The position numbers and the translations under genes are program-made. Below, piece by piece: positions 63,302 to 64,000 of a stretch of 64,000 nucleotides of DNA. The notes below the pieces were generated by a model. It searched no databases. It saw only the letters and a program-made list of their open reading frames with translations, and was not told the origin of the DNA. Each line of letters starts with the position of its first letter. Position 1 is the stretch's first letter. This DNA comes from Sphyrna mokarran (taxonomy: Eukaryota), in the NCBI GenBank assembly GCA_024679065.1, contig JAGIQG010000010.1:50840001-50904000 (forward strand), given 5' to 3'.

Positions 63302-64000
63302 TTTAGGGCTCAGTGTTAGTTTCTTCTTAGCACAATTTATTAATAATTCAGTTTGTTTTTCTTATTTTTATGTGTGTTTTATAAGTGCCATACCAAAACA
63401 TCAAATTATCAGCACAATCTATTTGAATAAAACAGGGATCGTGAAAGGTGGAAAAAGAGGCAGGTATACAAGGGGATTGAGGAGATGGAGGGAAGCTGTA
63501 GTGGTGGATAAGAAGACGGGAAGCAATTCACTGATGACCACAATTTCTCACAGGTTGTCATTATGCAGCCTTTGGCAAGACTACTTCCTTTCCCCACCAC
63601 AATATATAGGACTGCCTCCCATCAAACTGTATGAATGAAAGAATGAAAACTCAAAGCGGACAAAGAAGCAAACAGAGAGGGAGGAACATAAGATAAATGG
63701 AAGGGATAAAAGCAAAAGAGAAAAAAACAAGGAGAAACAGTAATAAGAATACATCAGAGATATATCACGCAGTGGCTATATTCTCCAGCATGCCAACATG
63801 CCACTCTTCACCATCGCCACATCCTTTTAATTAACATGGCTTCAAACATTGACCTGACCCAGATGAGACAGGGCCTAATTTTATTGCAAGTGCCATATCC
63901 CAGTGGCATAATAAGATTAATCATAGGTTCAAAAGTAGTCTGCACTATTTTCAACCCATTAACAAAGGCTGGCAGCAACCAGAATGAACCTTTAAAAGTA

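Overview
This is AT-rich, CpG-depleted vertebrate nuclear DNA, very probably from a shark or ray (inferred from HE1/V-SINEs, CR1 LINEs, Deu-domain SINEs, Penelope palindromes and GGG-terminated MITEs). I found no host protein-coding exon, tRNA, rRNA or CRISPR array, so it reads as a large intron or gene desert. The ORFs I can assign to a family are transposon remnants; the rest look like chance ORFs. The window holds two CR1-group LINE families, L2, Rex/Babar, RTE, RTE-X, Penelope, a Gypsy integrase relic, a solo LTR with a clean 5-bp TSD, and PIF/Harbinger parts (a Myb/SANT gene relic, a DDE transposase relic and about 10 MITEs). Four structures stand out. (1) A 1.48-kb RT-less RTE derivative has near-identical 181-bp terminal direct repeats inside one TSD, an LTR-like layout in a non-LTR element. 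(2) Two different MITEs sit in the same 17-bp palindrome of two separate CR1 copies. (3) A ~1.1-kb segment was copied into a LINE 8.5 kb downstream. (4) A ~390-bp inversion crosses a LINE/LINE junction. Family names rest on motif recognition from memory, with no database search. Boundaries are approximate unless a TSD or TIR is quoted.
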